A DNA stretch of 64,000 bases from Vairimorpha necatrix (taxonomy: Eukaryota), in NCBI GenBank assembly GCA_036630325.1, contig CP142729.1, positions 1,178,001 through 1,242,000 on the forward strand. The letters are read 5' to 3'. This document shows, in pieces, positions 32,353 to 43,908 of the stretch; the stretch's first letter is position 1; the number at the start of each line of letters is the position of its first letter. A model generated the notes under the pieces. It was not told the origin of the DNA. It made no database searches and saw nothing but the letters and a program-made list of their open reading frames with translations. A program made the position numbers and the translations under genes.

Positions 32353-33531
32353 ATCAATAAGGCTGTATTTCGATGTTCTACTATAGTTGAGGCTTTAATA
32401 TATTTTCTTTTTTATTTAATAATAGTTTATTAGGCCTTTTTTATCCTTAATTTCATTTTCTTGAGGATGAAATCTGATTGGTAAAAAATATGAAATATAT
32501 AAAAAACTTGACATATATTTTATAGAAGAGTTGATATAAGAAAATTTTGGGGTTAAAGCAATTATTTGACAAAGACCTCATAAAACACTGCTTGAATTAT
32601 CCTCCAACAAAATTTTTTGCCCAATAAAAAATTAGAAATATATAGTATCAAATTGGATAGTGATATAGGTTATAAAATTACTTCGTGTTTATTGCCATAA
32701 TAAATTATGCATTTAATTTCATTAAAGCTTTATGCTACTGTGGCAATAAAGGGATAAAAACAAATTTGTCATTTTTACCCATAGTTGAAAAGTAAAGAGG
32801 TAGAGCTCATGAACGTCAGCACAACTGCAATTGAAAATAAGACTGTAAAGTGTCCATAATGCGATGTTGATTGTAAAACAACTTTGAAAATAAATTTGCA
32901 GCTAGATGTGTTAGAAGGCTTGTCGAATCGGTGTGTCATTATCAAAGAAATTCATTTTGTTCAATTAACAAGTATTTTTATATATTTCATTAATAAATTA
33001 TAGTCTTGTAAAGTTAAACAAACTGCCATAAGCGAATTTCTGGGTATTAGTTATTTATGTATGAGACATTTAATTACAAGGTTAAGTTCTCGACTTACCC
33101 CCCCCCCCCCCACCCCTAAAAAAAATAAAAAAAGGGGAAAAAATAAAAAAAAATAAAAAAAAGGGGAAAAAATAAAAAAAAATAAAAAAAGGGGAAAAAA
33201 TAAAAAAACGTTTAATTCTCGACTTAACCCCCCCTTACCCCCCCCCCCAAAAAAAAAAAAAAAAAAAAACTATTCCACAATTGTAAAGTCTATTTCAGGA
33301 ATAATATCATAAGCTACAATACTAAAATTACCTATTTGAAAAAATTCTAACATTTTATCTAATAGATTTTCACGATATATTAATTTGAATCTGTTAATGT
33401 AAATCTTTCTTACAAGATTCATAATAGTACCATGACTAGTTCCGCCTTTTCTTAGTTCTCTTTTAATAACCGACCACATTCCCTCTATAGTCTGAGTATG
33501 CGCACCAGTTATATTATCAACAAAATTTTGG

Positions 33532-34640
33532 GGCTCTAGGGCCTATTCCCGGGTATTTTTTTTGTTTAAAGGGGGGACCCTTTAAACAAAAAAATTATAG
33601 AAAAAAAAAGAAATCTCACTTATTTATTTCGAATTAAAAGTTTTAAGAGAGTTAAAAAGGCGTCTTTATAGGCTTTGGAATCATGAGTTTTTAAATTTCT
33701 TCTCCTCCAAACATATTCTTCTATATACCCTGGCATTATATAACCTGGTATTCCTTTCCTCGTTTTGATGTCCGATTTGAATTGAGACCACTCACATTCT
33801 ATTAAATTAGTGTGGTCTCCATCAGCATTGGTGAATCCTTCCTCATGGTTCACGATTTTATGTACTCCGCCAATCCCAGCAACAGCGTATGGGTAGGATC
33901 TGTGCCCATCTGTTTTTATTACAGACATGGGACTAATATTTTCAGAGAAAAAGTCGAAGAAAGTTTCTTTTTTTATATTTGGTAAAACTTTAAGAACTAG
34001 TTTTCTAGTTTTTTCTTCTACTGCGCCAATTATCCAAGTAGCTTTACTAATTGAATCGTACATTTTAGATGGTGACTTAATAAGTTTTCCTTTAATTATA
34101 ACACTCTCATCCACTTGTATTGGGTGCTCTGGCCCCAATTTCTCCCATGTATTCTTATTATCTTCAGTTATTACTTCTATAATATTCCTTTTAATTCTTT
34201 TTATAGTATTTAAAGAAACCAAAGTATTTTTATTAATATTATATTTATAATTTTTTTCCAGCCATGAATATATTATAAATAAGTATTCGCTTGTGTCTAT
34301 CTTTAAACTTGAAATTTTTAGCCCCTCAAAAACTGATTTGGATTTTCTACACAATAAGTTAGTACATCTGAATCGAAAACCGTTCGAATAAGAAAAATCA
34401 TGATCCAAAACCATGCTCTCATAACATTTCGAGCATATTTTAAACTCTTCAAGTAAGCCATGCCTTTGAATAAAGGCCATGGCTGCTTCATTAGAAGAAA
34501 AAATGTCAGATCTCGAATTTCTTGGTTCTTCTTCAAAATTATTCATTTTTGGGGGGTTGTAAAAATTTCCCAGTTTAGGGCCTATTCCCGGGAAATGCCG
34601 TCTTTTTTACGTTCATTACCCGGGAATAGGCCCTAGCGCC
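33532..34640 (-). mobile_element. Merlin DNA transposon (inner), 1109 bp, apparently intact
   Basis: TIR GGC(T/G)CTAGGGCCTATTCCCGGGTA; 8-bp TSD AATTTTGG at 33524-33531 and 34641-34648. Confidence 0.93.
33620..34546 (-). CDS. Merlin/ISXO2-like DDE transposase, 308 aa
   Basis: C-x2-C...RC...C zinc ribbon, QVDES, KTDGHRSY, VNH...HTNLIECEWS. Confidence 0.92.
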   Translation of the reverse strand: MNNFEEEPRNSRSDIFSSNEAAMAFIQRHGLLEEFKICSKCYESMVLDHDFSYSNGFRFRCTNLLCRKSKSVFEGLKISSLKIDTSEYLFIIYSWLEKNYKYNINKNTLVSLNTIKRIKRNIIEVITEDNKNTWEKLGPEHPIQVDESVIIKGKLIKSPSKMYDSISKATWIIGAVEEKTRKLVLKVLPNIKKETFFDFFSENISPMSVIKTDGHRSYPYAVAGIGGVHKIVNHEEGFTNADGDHTNLIECEWSQFKSDIKTRKGIPGYIMPGYIEEYVWRRRNLKTHDSKAYKDAFLTLLKLLIRNK

Positions 34641-37600
34641 AATTTTGGCTGTGATTCACAGTCAAATGTAGATACTCATATTCTGCACAGATTGTTTGAA
34701 TATCACTATAACCACGCCAACAATCTGTCACAATTGTGGTCCCCGGAGCAATTTTTCTTGTAATTAATTCAACAAGAGTAGCTCTTGTTCTATTTTCTAC
34801 GATCTCAAAGAAAAAAGAATTTGCATCCCCTCTCACAACGCCTCCAACTGCCCATACTTGATATTGAAGAACCCTTCCCGCATGGTTTTTACTTTTTACA
34901 AGTAAAGTTTCATCAATTTCAACAATACAACCGACGCCGCCAATCGTTTGATTGTTTATATATGTTGAATAAGAGACGTACACGGCGTTATTAAAACGCG
35001 TAAACCATCTTGATACCGTACATTTACCTATATCAAGTTCTAACGTGGCGGCCAAATTACTTGAACCCTTTACCCATTCGCAAAGCAATATTAAAAGATC
35101 CTCAATAGGCAATTTTGAGTTCTTAAAAACGCTTTGTTTCATTATGGTTCCTTTGTTAGAACATTTTTTACCATCACGTCTTGAATAACAACGATAGTTT
35201 TCAGTGTTGGTTCGATTTTGAGTCATTGGTATATTGCATTTATTGCACATAGGGACCCTCAAAATGTTTTTTGCAATTAAAAATTGCATTAACTCATTTT
35301 TTTTATAGATGAGTTTTCTAAATTCTTTAATTCTCATTATGGGTCAAATTTTTTATTTTTTTTATTTTTTCCCCTTTTTTTATTTTTTTTTATTTTTTCC
35401 CCTTTTTTTTATTTTTTTTTATTTTTTCCCCTTTTTTTATTTTTTTTAGGGGTGGGGGGGGGGGGGGTAAGTCGAGAACTTAACCAATTACAAAAATAAA
35501 TTCTAAAGGAAAAACAAAGTAGAAAAATTTAATAGTAAATTAGTTTGACAAAAAAGAGTACAACTATATAACAAAATTTAGTAAGCAAAATATCTCAGAA
35601 GATGCCGTGTCGATAGTGTTTGGCGTTTAAAAATTGTTGAAAAAAGTCTAAAGTAAGATAATCATGATTCTTATTGACAATAGAAAAATCAACGATCTAG
35701 TAAAATTAGTTAAATATTATGGTTACACCGAATTAATAATACACAGTGGCTGCTTTAGTCTTACGCCGAATCGAAAGACTAAATTGCTGAACTCCAAACT
35801 GTAATATTTATTGGAGTTTGTTCAGAAATTCATATGATATCATATAACTAAATAGGAAACTTTGATTAGTGCAAAAAATGTGAATCGGCGTGGCACATTT
35901 CAAGAACGCCGAAAACTGGTTTACTAATAAGATTTATACCCGGAAGGAACTTTAAAGAAGATTCATTTCCGTAATCATTTTTTATTTTTTCTTACTTTTT
36001 GCCGTTTTGACTTTTCATCAAGGAGTGTTTTTAAAACCAAAAAAAATAATACGAAAAAAACACCCTGAGTTGCCCATTTAACCAAATCAAAATAAAAATT
36101 TCATGTAAAAATATATAATAATTTTTTATCTACATAGTTTGTTTAAACATTGGTCTTATAGGACTTACAAACATATTTTAGCATTTTTTCAAACTGTAAT
36201 TTTTTTGAGATGTTAAAGATATTGTATCTATTTTTCATTTTCTTCATGCCCTTTCACTTGTCAAATTCTTAGACTTCTTATTGAATAGCTGCCATCTATT
36301 TTTTAATGTTCGATGCCTGTCAAACAATTAAAATATGTAAAAAAAATCATCAGAACATAACGATAAAAAATATATTGTAATTTCGATCATTTTGTTGCTT
36401 TATTTATATTATTAATTACTTAAACATTTTATTTATATGAAAATTTTTTTTATATCCCATATGAATATGGTTAAAATATTTGCTTCATTGATATTTATTA
36501 TGTCTAGTCTAGAAGTATTAGACAACATACACAATAACCAGAAAGTTTATGATGAACTTGCAACTTTGATGATAAAAAAAATAGAAGAAAAGGATTACGT
36601 TCAATTTAATTGCAGCGAAGAGTTTATTAAAGTATATCTTTGTTATAATTCTGAATATAAAAAATTTTACATGCATATAGAAATGATATCGTCTTTTGAA
36701 TTCAATGTAGACTCAAAGCAAATCGTGTTTCAACACGATAATAAATCTGTAAATGAAATTACTGAAGTTATTGAATATTATGTAAAACAATATTTCGAAA
36801 ATGAAATAAATGAGTCTATAATTTTTGTATACGATCTAGTAAGTTTTGAAAATTGTTTTATCATGAAAAAGATTGTAGAAAATATTAGAAGAATTAACGA
36901 AAATAGACGGGTGAATAAAAAAGGATGGGAGATCTATTATGATTATATATGTGAAACAGATTGTTATTTTCTTAGTATGCTCCACAGCATCAAAGACGGC
37001 CTATATATGAATGAAAACAATATAAATATATTTGATGTACGTTTTTGCTATATTACTAAACATTTTGATACATACATTAGATTTTGTATCGTTAAAAAAG
37101 AAATTTGTTACTTATTTGAATTTAAACTAGAAGCACAAAATATTAATAGACTTATAACCTTGTATGATGCAAATATAAAACTACGTGATGAGTATGATAG
37201 GGATATTTTAAATAAAATGCTTGTATTATGTAAAGTAGCTGATATAGATGTTATTGAGAACTATAATATAACAGATAAATTTATATTTACGCCAAACATG
37301 ATTGAGCTCCCAAAATCAAATATCAAAATTTTCTTGGAATCCGATAAAGTATGTTTTAAATATACTTTTGGTGAATATAAATATCATCTAAAAAACAATT
37401 TAGTTTTAGAAGATGGTAAATTATACATCGAAAGGAAAGAATTTAGCGAATTCAAATTTTTTTTTGAAAACTTATCTACAACAAACAATGTGTCAAATGA
37501 TATTAAGACTGTCGAAATGATATTTAGAATATTAAGAAATCATGACAAAATAGAATTTTTGATCACTAAAATACTAAAAAATAAAGGGTTCTTCCTAAAT

Positions 37601-38102
37601 ATAATATATACCCATTTATTATTTTCTGGAGGTACTTTAACCCAAAATGCCTTTAATATATTGATGGACATAGAAGATGAGGCTATAAATGAAGCACTAA
37701 TAAAGAAAGTTGTTGATATTACACACAAAAATATCCACATAACGAATAGTTTACATTTTTATTTAATAAAAAAATGTCTACGTATGGAGGCAGAAAGATT
37801 TATAAACGAAACCAATGTAGATGACGATCTGGTTTATAGAACTTTTATAGATATTTACCACTTAATTGTGATTAAAAAGGCTACAAATGAATCCGAATTG
37901 GCCATTAAAAAAAATAATATTAGTTGTATGAAAATAATACAAGAAGCAATAATTACATATAAAAACTATATTAATAACTACAAAAGTGCTCTTTTGAAAC
38001 ATTTGGGTGAAATAACTTTAATGTATACAGAATTGTATGATTTTTACGGAAATGTACACTGGCAACATGAACATAAAAAAAATGAAATTATTAAGTGTTT
38101 AG

Positions 38103-40525
38103 TGTCAAGTGACAGATCTCCAGTGGTCCTAAGATTGCCCTGGAGCTCAGAGAATACAATTCTATAAGTATTCTCTTCCTTCTCCCAACTATGTTTATGG
38201 AGGGAAAATGTATAATATTTTCCCGCCTATAAATATAAAAGAAAATCATACCCAGAAGGGTATGAAGAATAATAAAAATATTAGTCTAAAACATTCTTCT
38301 CGGACTGATGGGAAACCATCAGTCCACAATGGTGGTAACGGTGAAGAGGATTTGAACGATCACTTTAATAGTCTCATCACGCACATGAAAAAAATATGTC
38401 TGAGCAATAGGTGGACAGAATTTAACGGCGAAACTTTAAAACAAGCCGAAGATTTTTTAACTCAGTTCCGCGAAATTGAGGACGTGTATACGCAAGAGAA
38501 AACGCTAGATATTGCCAAATCTAAACTTAAAGGCAAGGCGTTAACATGGTTCAGAGCGTTCGAGGGTGATGAAATTACAGACTATGATTCATTCAAAACC
38601 CAGTTTAAAAAAAAGTATTTAAAAGAAAAACTAGCAGAAGATATAACTGATAGGTTCATACATCTATACGTGGAGGGTCCAAGAGAAGGCGACATTTTAA
38701 GTTACGCTTACGACCTCAAAAGATGTGCAAAAGGAAACCCTGAATATTTTGCCAGATCAAAGATTTCTATAGGAAAGAACTCCCCTGATAGGTTGAAGGA
38801 GTCTATTGAAGAAACGAAAGATTGGTTGGAATTGCTGGAATTAGTTGATAACAAACAAACTTTTATAAATAACTATTTAAACAAAAAGAAAACACTTAGT
38901 AGGAAACCAACATATGAAGCCACTAAACGAGAAAGGAAAAATAATAAACTTATTGGTGAAAAGGCAGAACAAGTATATTCTGCCAAGCTTTTAAAGTTGG
39001 GGAAAGGAAAAAATACTACTAAATTACAAGATATCCGCCCGAGGATAAATTTATATTCGGGAACAACACAAATATCCGCTCTTAATGATACCGGATCTCG
39101 AGAGAATCTTAAAAGTAAAACAATGATTCAGAAATTGGAATTAAAACCAATAATAGATACGCTTAAGGTAGATAGAAAAGGAGACCAGGTTGAAGCAGAA
39201 GGGAAAACACAAGTTTTTATCAAAAAGACAAAGATCAAGAAAAAATTAAAGATCGAGGCTCATGTAAAAGAGAAATTACCGGAAAACTTCATCATTGGCA
39301 TACAAGATACCAAGAAACTAAATCTACTAAAAAGTCTCGATAAAATGGAATATGACAGAACAAAGAAATCTGTCTGTACAACTATGGTGAAAAAACCAGA
39401 CACGTATATAACAGAAATGGGCGGAGAGAATCTAGTTCAGGAAGAAAAAGAAAAAAGTAATAAACTTGATATAAAACCTTCTATAACATTCCATATTAAA
39501 GACCAAAGCTCAAGTGTACATCGTAGCATAGATTTGAAAGTGCCAAAGGATCTTACAGCATTAAAGAACATTCAACATAGAAGACTAATGAGTCAAAATG
39601 AAGCGATAAGAGTCAAGCCCGTAGAACTGGTGAAAGAAGCCCATACTGGAGAAACTTGTTCGACGTGTACTATCCCGATTGCTTTAGACAAAGGATTTTT
39701 CAGGGACAAAGGAATATATGTGAACCCGGGAGAACTTTACATAATTAAAAAACAAGTTGGTTACCCAACTCCTTACATTGAAGAATTACATGATCCACCT
39801 GAATGTATAAGATGGGGCTTGAATTTAAGGCATCGTCAGATAAGTACCTGGGAGGAATACAGAGAACAGTCGCCATATAACGGACTAATAAAAAATGTTC
39901 ACGGGCGTAGTGTACCCCCTGGGCTTAGAAATATACCATTCAATTTTAATTTTATGATAAATGGATGGCGTAAAAATTACGACGAAGGTTTAGAAGTGCC
40001 TTACTACACACATATCATTTACACGATGATTAAACCAGGAGAAGAAACAGGAATAGTTTATAAAAATGAGAAATTAGGTGTTCATAAACTACAAAACACA
40101 ATACAAAGGCGAAACCCGCCGATAAACCTCAAGAAGAAAGTGATTGATAAAAGGGTAAAGTCATATATTACCCCTGTAGCCAAAATAAAGCGAGCCTATA
40201 ATTCATATAACCTAAATAAGGACGCAGTCACTATTTACTGCAAGTACTTTAAGATGTGTCGTCAAATGGGAACCTAGGAGGCTTTAAAGAAGGGGGGAGT
40301 GTCAAGTGACAGATCTCCAGTGGTCCTAAGATTGCCCTGGAGCTCAGAGAATACAATTCTATAAGTATTCTCTTCCTTCTCCCAACTATGTTTATGGAGG
40401 GAAAATGTATAATATTTTCCCGCCTATAAATATAAAAGAAAATCATACCCAGAAGGGTATGAAGAATAATAAAAATATTAGTCTAAAACATTCTTCTCGG
40501 ACTGATGGGAAACCATCAGTCCACA
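38103..40525 (+). mobile_element. non-autonomous LTR retrotransposon B (226-bp identical LTRs)
   Basis: LTRs 38103-38328 and 40300-40525 (TG...CA); TSD TTTAG; PBS-like TGGTGGTAAC; PPT AAAGAAGGGGGGAG. Confidence 0.93.
38208..40277 (+). CDS. Gag-aspartic protease-degenerate RT, 689 aa
   Basis: LKGKALTWF (retrotransposon Gag), ALNDTGS...IIG (protease), PYIEEL...VPPGLRNIP...YYTHII (RT-like, lacks YxDD); no RNaseH or integrase seen. Confidence 0.8.
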   Translation: MYNIFPPINIKENHTQKGMKNNKNISLKHSSRTDGKPSVHNGGNGEEDLNDHFNSLITHMKKICLSNRWTEFNGETLKQAEDFLTQFREIEDVYTQEKTLDIAKSKLKGKALTWFRAFEGDEITDYDSFKTQFKKKYLKEKLAEDITDRFIHLYVEGPREGDILSYAYDLKRCAKGNPEYFARSKISIGKNSPDRLKESIEETKDWLELLELVDNKQTFINNYLNKKKTLSRKPTYEATKRERKNNKLIGEKAEQVYSAKLLKLGKGKNTTKLQDIRPRINLYSGTTQISALNDTGSRENLKSKTMIQKLELKPIIDTLKVDRKGDQVEAEGKTQVFIKKTKIKKKLKIEAHVKEKLPENFIIGIQDTKKLNLLKSLDKMEYDRTKKSVCTTMVKKPDTYITEMGGENLVQEEKEKSNKLDIKPSITFHIKDQSSSVHRSIDLKVPKDLTALKNIQHRRLMSQNEAIRVKPVELVKEAHTGETCSTCTIPIALDKGFFRDKGIYVNPGELYIIKKQVGYPTPYIEELHDPPECIRWGLNLRHRQISTWEEYREQSPYNGLIKNVHGRSVPPGLRNIPFNFNFMINGWRKNYDEGLEVPYYTHIIYTMIKPGEETGIVYKNEKLGVHKLQNTIQRRNPPINLKKKVIDKRVKSYITPVAKIKRAYNSYNLNKDAVTIYCKYFKMCRQMGT

Positions 40526-41498
40526 TTTAGATTTGGATAAAAATGCGGTTGAAAAGAATACTAATATAATAATGCTTAAATTATCTGAAAATACAAAAAT
40601 TGAAAATAAATATCAAGAAAGAAGAAAACAAAAAGAGAAAAACTTTAAAAAGTTAATAAAAATATATAATAACCATTTAGTACATGAAAAGATTGACCAA
40701 GTGATAGAAAAAGCTCAATATCTAAATAGTGAAAATTTTTTGGAAAAAGAAACAAGAACAATTTTAGAAAATAATTTAATCAATGATGGAATGCAAATAA
40801 TTGAATCAGCTTTTAATAATTATATTCCGGTAAAAGGAAAAACATATATAGAAAAAATTATGTTCGAAGTAAAGAATTTTTTTTCTACGAATATAGACGA
40901 AGAATCGGCGTTTGAATTTAAAATCAAAAAAGAAGAAAGTTTTAAAAAAAACATATATTTAATAATAAAAAACAAGACAAAAGAAAGAGGAAAGGCAGAA
41001 TTGCCGAAAGCCATTAAAAACTTGTTTAATAGTATTTTCGAAAAAGACGCAATTAAAAAAGAGAAAAGTAAAAAACTCTTGGAGAATATAAAAACTGTTT
41101 TGGAGAAGCAAGAATTTAAAACTTATTTGAATAAGGAATTTAGTAAAGATATTCATAACGAATTAGTAAAAGTGCTTGAAATGCACGACAAAAATAAATA
41201 ATACGAGTTTAAAAATTTTTTTGTAAGAATATGCTTAACATATATTATTATGCTATATTTTGGTTTTCAAAACATATATCAAACATACCAAACAAATTAA
41301 ATTATGCCTTTTAGCTTTTCATATTTTTATTAACTGTAATTCAAGTCTTTTTTATTTAATATATAATATCGAATTATAGAATAGTCTACCATTTTAATTG
41401 CGCATGCCTCAAGTCTGTAAATATGACTGTCTATTTTTAATTTTAGTAAAACCAGTTCTAAAACGTCGTTTTTTGTTTTGTAAAAACTTCTATTTTTA

Positions 41499-43361
41499 TT
41501 TTTTTTTCTTTGCAAGTAAGAGGTGGGGTAACCCCTTACATATATAGCAGAGAGATTTGGGTGTGATCCTTATCCAACTGGCACTGTGAGATTTTTACTT
41601 ACTAAAACTCCCCATATAACTTTCCGGTCCCTCCGCCGTATCCATTGGACTTTGGCTCCAGGAAACCCTTTCCATATATACACTAAATTGCGTTCAAAGT
41701 GAACTCGCATCAGACACATTTGACGAACATGGGGGTTATGACCCGGGGAAAGACATCGTCGTACTATCTCAAAGATTCCAAAGTCATCTGTATCACACAA
41801 ACGGCTCCTTACACCAAAACATCGCAGAGTGGCCTTTGATTGGCTGCGTTAACCACCAGCCTTCCACTAGATTCGGCAACTTATTAACAGAATCTTAAAG
41901 AATAGGATATGCGAGCCCTTCTATTGACCTTTTTTGTCTAGTCTTTTGATTAACTCTATGACTCCGCACTTTATAATACACCAGCCATGAACTCCAACTA
42001 GGCCGTACCCAACAGATACTTCTATGTATTATTAATCCTCAGGCGTTTCTTAAATTCAAAATCACAGGTGTAAAAATAAAAAAAACCTAATCCATTTATT
42101 CCAACAAAAGTAATTTCGTAGAAGGTTCGCATAAGTATCGATATTTCGTTTTTAATATTTATTTCTGAACCGAAACTCATACATGACATCTTCTTTATAA
42201 ATCTTCAATATTTCTCTTATTGCTCTAAATTCAGTTTTTAAATGACTCCACAGATTCTCTATTCTATTAGTATGATGTTCAAACTCATTAGTAAAGCCAA
42301 TACTATGATTTACAACTTCATGAACAGAACCGAAATCGCGAACAACAGAACGGTAAGATGCAAAACATCATTTCTTATTATCGTTCCTTGGCCAACATGA
42401 CGCTTGATAATCTCTAGCATTACAGCCGCAGTCCTATTAGAAATAATTTTTAGAAAACAGTCTTTTCCTTCAATTTCTATACCTCCAACCAACCAAGTCG
42501 TTCCAGATATATCTTTCTCCTCTGTGGTAGGATTCGTAATTATACGACCTCTACAGATTGCCACTTCGTCGACCTTAATAGTTTTCATTATTCCCCTCAC
42601 TTTTACAAAAAATGTATTATTTCATATTTAATTTTTTCTTTAATAGCCCTTTGAAAGAAATATATGTGGGCTCAGAGACTTCACATATTACTGAGATCAT
42701 GAGGTTATTAGAATTACCCAACAATACAACATCCTAAGTTGTATATGTCTGGACATCCGTGACTTTTGAAAAAAGTACCATTTTTGATGCTTTTTTTGTG
42801 CAGACATTTTTGCAATAATGCAAATTCCTTCCAAGTAATTTTTAGGCTTTACTTGGTTCATAAAACAGCCACAGTCACACTTTACAGTTTTTTTGTAAAA
42901 ATTTAGAGACTTTAAGTACCTCTGCCCGCCTTTTCTTCAACAAAGAATATGTTGTAAAGATCTGAAACTTGCATAGGTGTAAAAAATTAAAATTTAAAAA
43001 TCGCTTTCCATAAATTCAAAATCACCGAGGATTTTGACATTTATTTGTAGAATGTTACAATGCATGTTCGCATATTCAAATTTTTTTTAACCCTGTGATT
43101 TTGAATTTAAGATGCGCCAATCAAGAAATTGGTGATACTATTTTTAGGCCTTAAGGTAGACTTCGACACTAGGTGCCAATCCCGTTGGCTAGAAATGCAC
43201 AAGTTTCATTGAATCAACCTAGTAGTTATTATGAACATTTTCATCATCTATGTTGTTCCAACTTCATCACAGAAAGTAGAAACAATTTCGGTGAACCTGG
43301 AATTTAAACCCAGCCATTACTCAATGGAAACATAGTCTTCAACCACTTGGCTAAAGGGACC
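41499..43361 (-). mobile_element. tRNA-derived SINE copy 1 (diverged, interrupted by a Merlin)
   Basis: Poly(T) on + then TTGCAAGTAAGAGG; body colinear with 51102-51896; degenerate tRNA head at ~43290-43361. Confidence 0.8.
42042..43118 (-). mobile_element. decayed Merlin element inserted in SINE copy 1
   Basis: TIR GGCG..TCTTAAATTCAAAATCACAGG; fragments KVDEVAICRGRII, TWLVGGIE, NRTA, HHTNRIENLWSH. Confidence 0.85.
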
Positions 43362-43908
43362 TGCGCCTTACTGTCAATTAATAAATATGTATAAAAAGAA
43401 CTTTGAAGACATATTATCACAAATTTCATTAATTTTTTTTCCTTCCTTTTTCTGTTGTTTGAATTTCCACCAAGGGTGTTTTTAAGAACACAAAAAATTA
43501 TACGAAAAAAACCCCTAAGTTGCCCATTAAACCAAATTTATTTAAATTTTTATGTAAAAAATATAACAATTATCATTTGTCTACATAATATGTATCAATA
43601 TTGGTTTTAGATCCCACCCATATTTTTTTTATCTTACAAACAGTAAATTTTTTAAGATTTTAAAAGATATTGTATTTGTTTTTAATTTATCTTCTTTCCC
43701 TTTACACTCAAATTCATAGCCTTCTTATTGAATAACTGCCATGCTTTTTTTAAATGTTCGATGCCTGTCAAGCGATTGACATAAGTAGAAAAATTTATCA
43801 TACTAAAAAATTTGTAAATATATTGTAAGTTAGATATTTTATTGCTTTTATTTATATTATTAATTACTTAAACATTCTATTTATAAGAAAATTGTTTTTA
43901 CATCTCAT

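Larger units (their letters stand above)
33080..35485 (-). mobile_element. Merlin DNA transposon (outer); transposase split by the inner element
   Basis: TIR GGTTAAGTTCTCGACTTACC(C)n plus long A/G subterminal repeats; 8-bp TSD AATTACAA; ORF 35337-34641 rejoins 33523-33270 in frame (TVNHSQNFVDNITGAHTQTIEGMW). Confidence 0.92.
32742..36074 (+). pseudogene. decayed Merlin element hosting the nested Merlin pair
   Basis: C-x2-C remnant at ~32850; VQL..TKFSK.KYLRRCRVDSVW..KIVE at ~35560-35645; IHSGCF at ~35740; ends tentative (GGCAA...TTGCC). Confidence 0.55.
36461..41201 (+). pseudogene. paralog 1 of the ~770-aa secreted-like family, interrupted by LTR element B
   Basis: CCCAT-ATG at 36461; removing the element plus one TSD restores the frame (IIKCL-DLDKNAV), colinear with 53740-56049. 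Confidence 0.88.

Noticed and set aside
33098-33270. Poly-C/poly-A tracts as telomere or assembly junk
   Set aside because: Mirrored at 35350-35467 as Merlin subterminal inverted repeats with a TSD.
38302-38325. CTGATG..GAAAC as a hammerhead ribozyme (retrozyme) in LTR B
   Set aside because: No CUGANGA core with stem II; it is a simple perfect hairpin.
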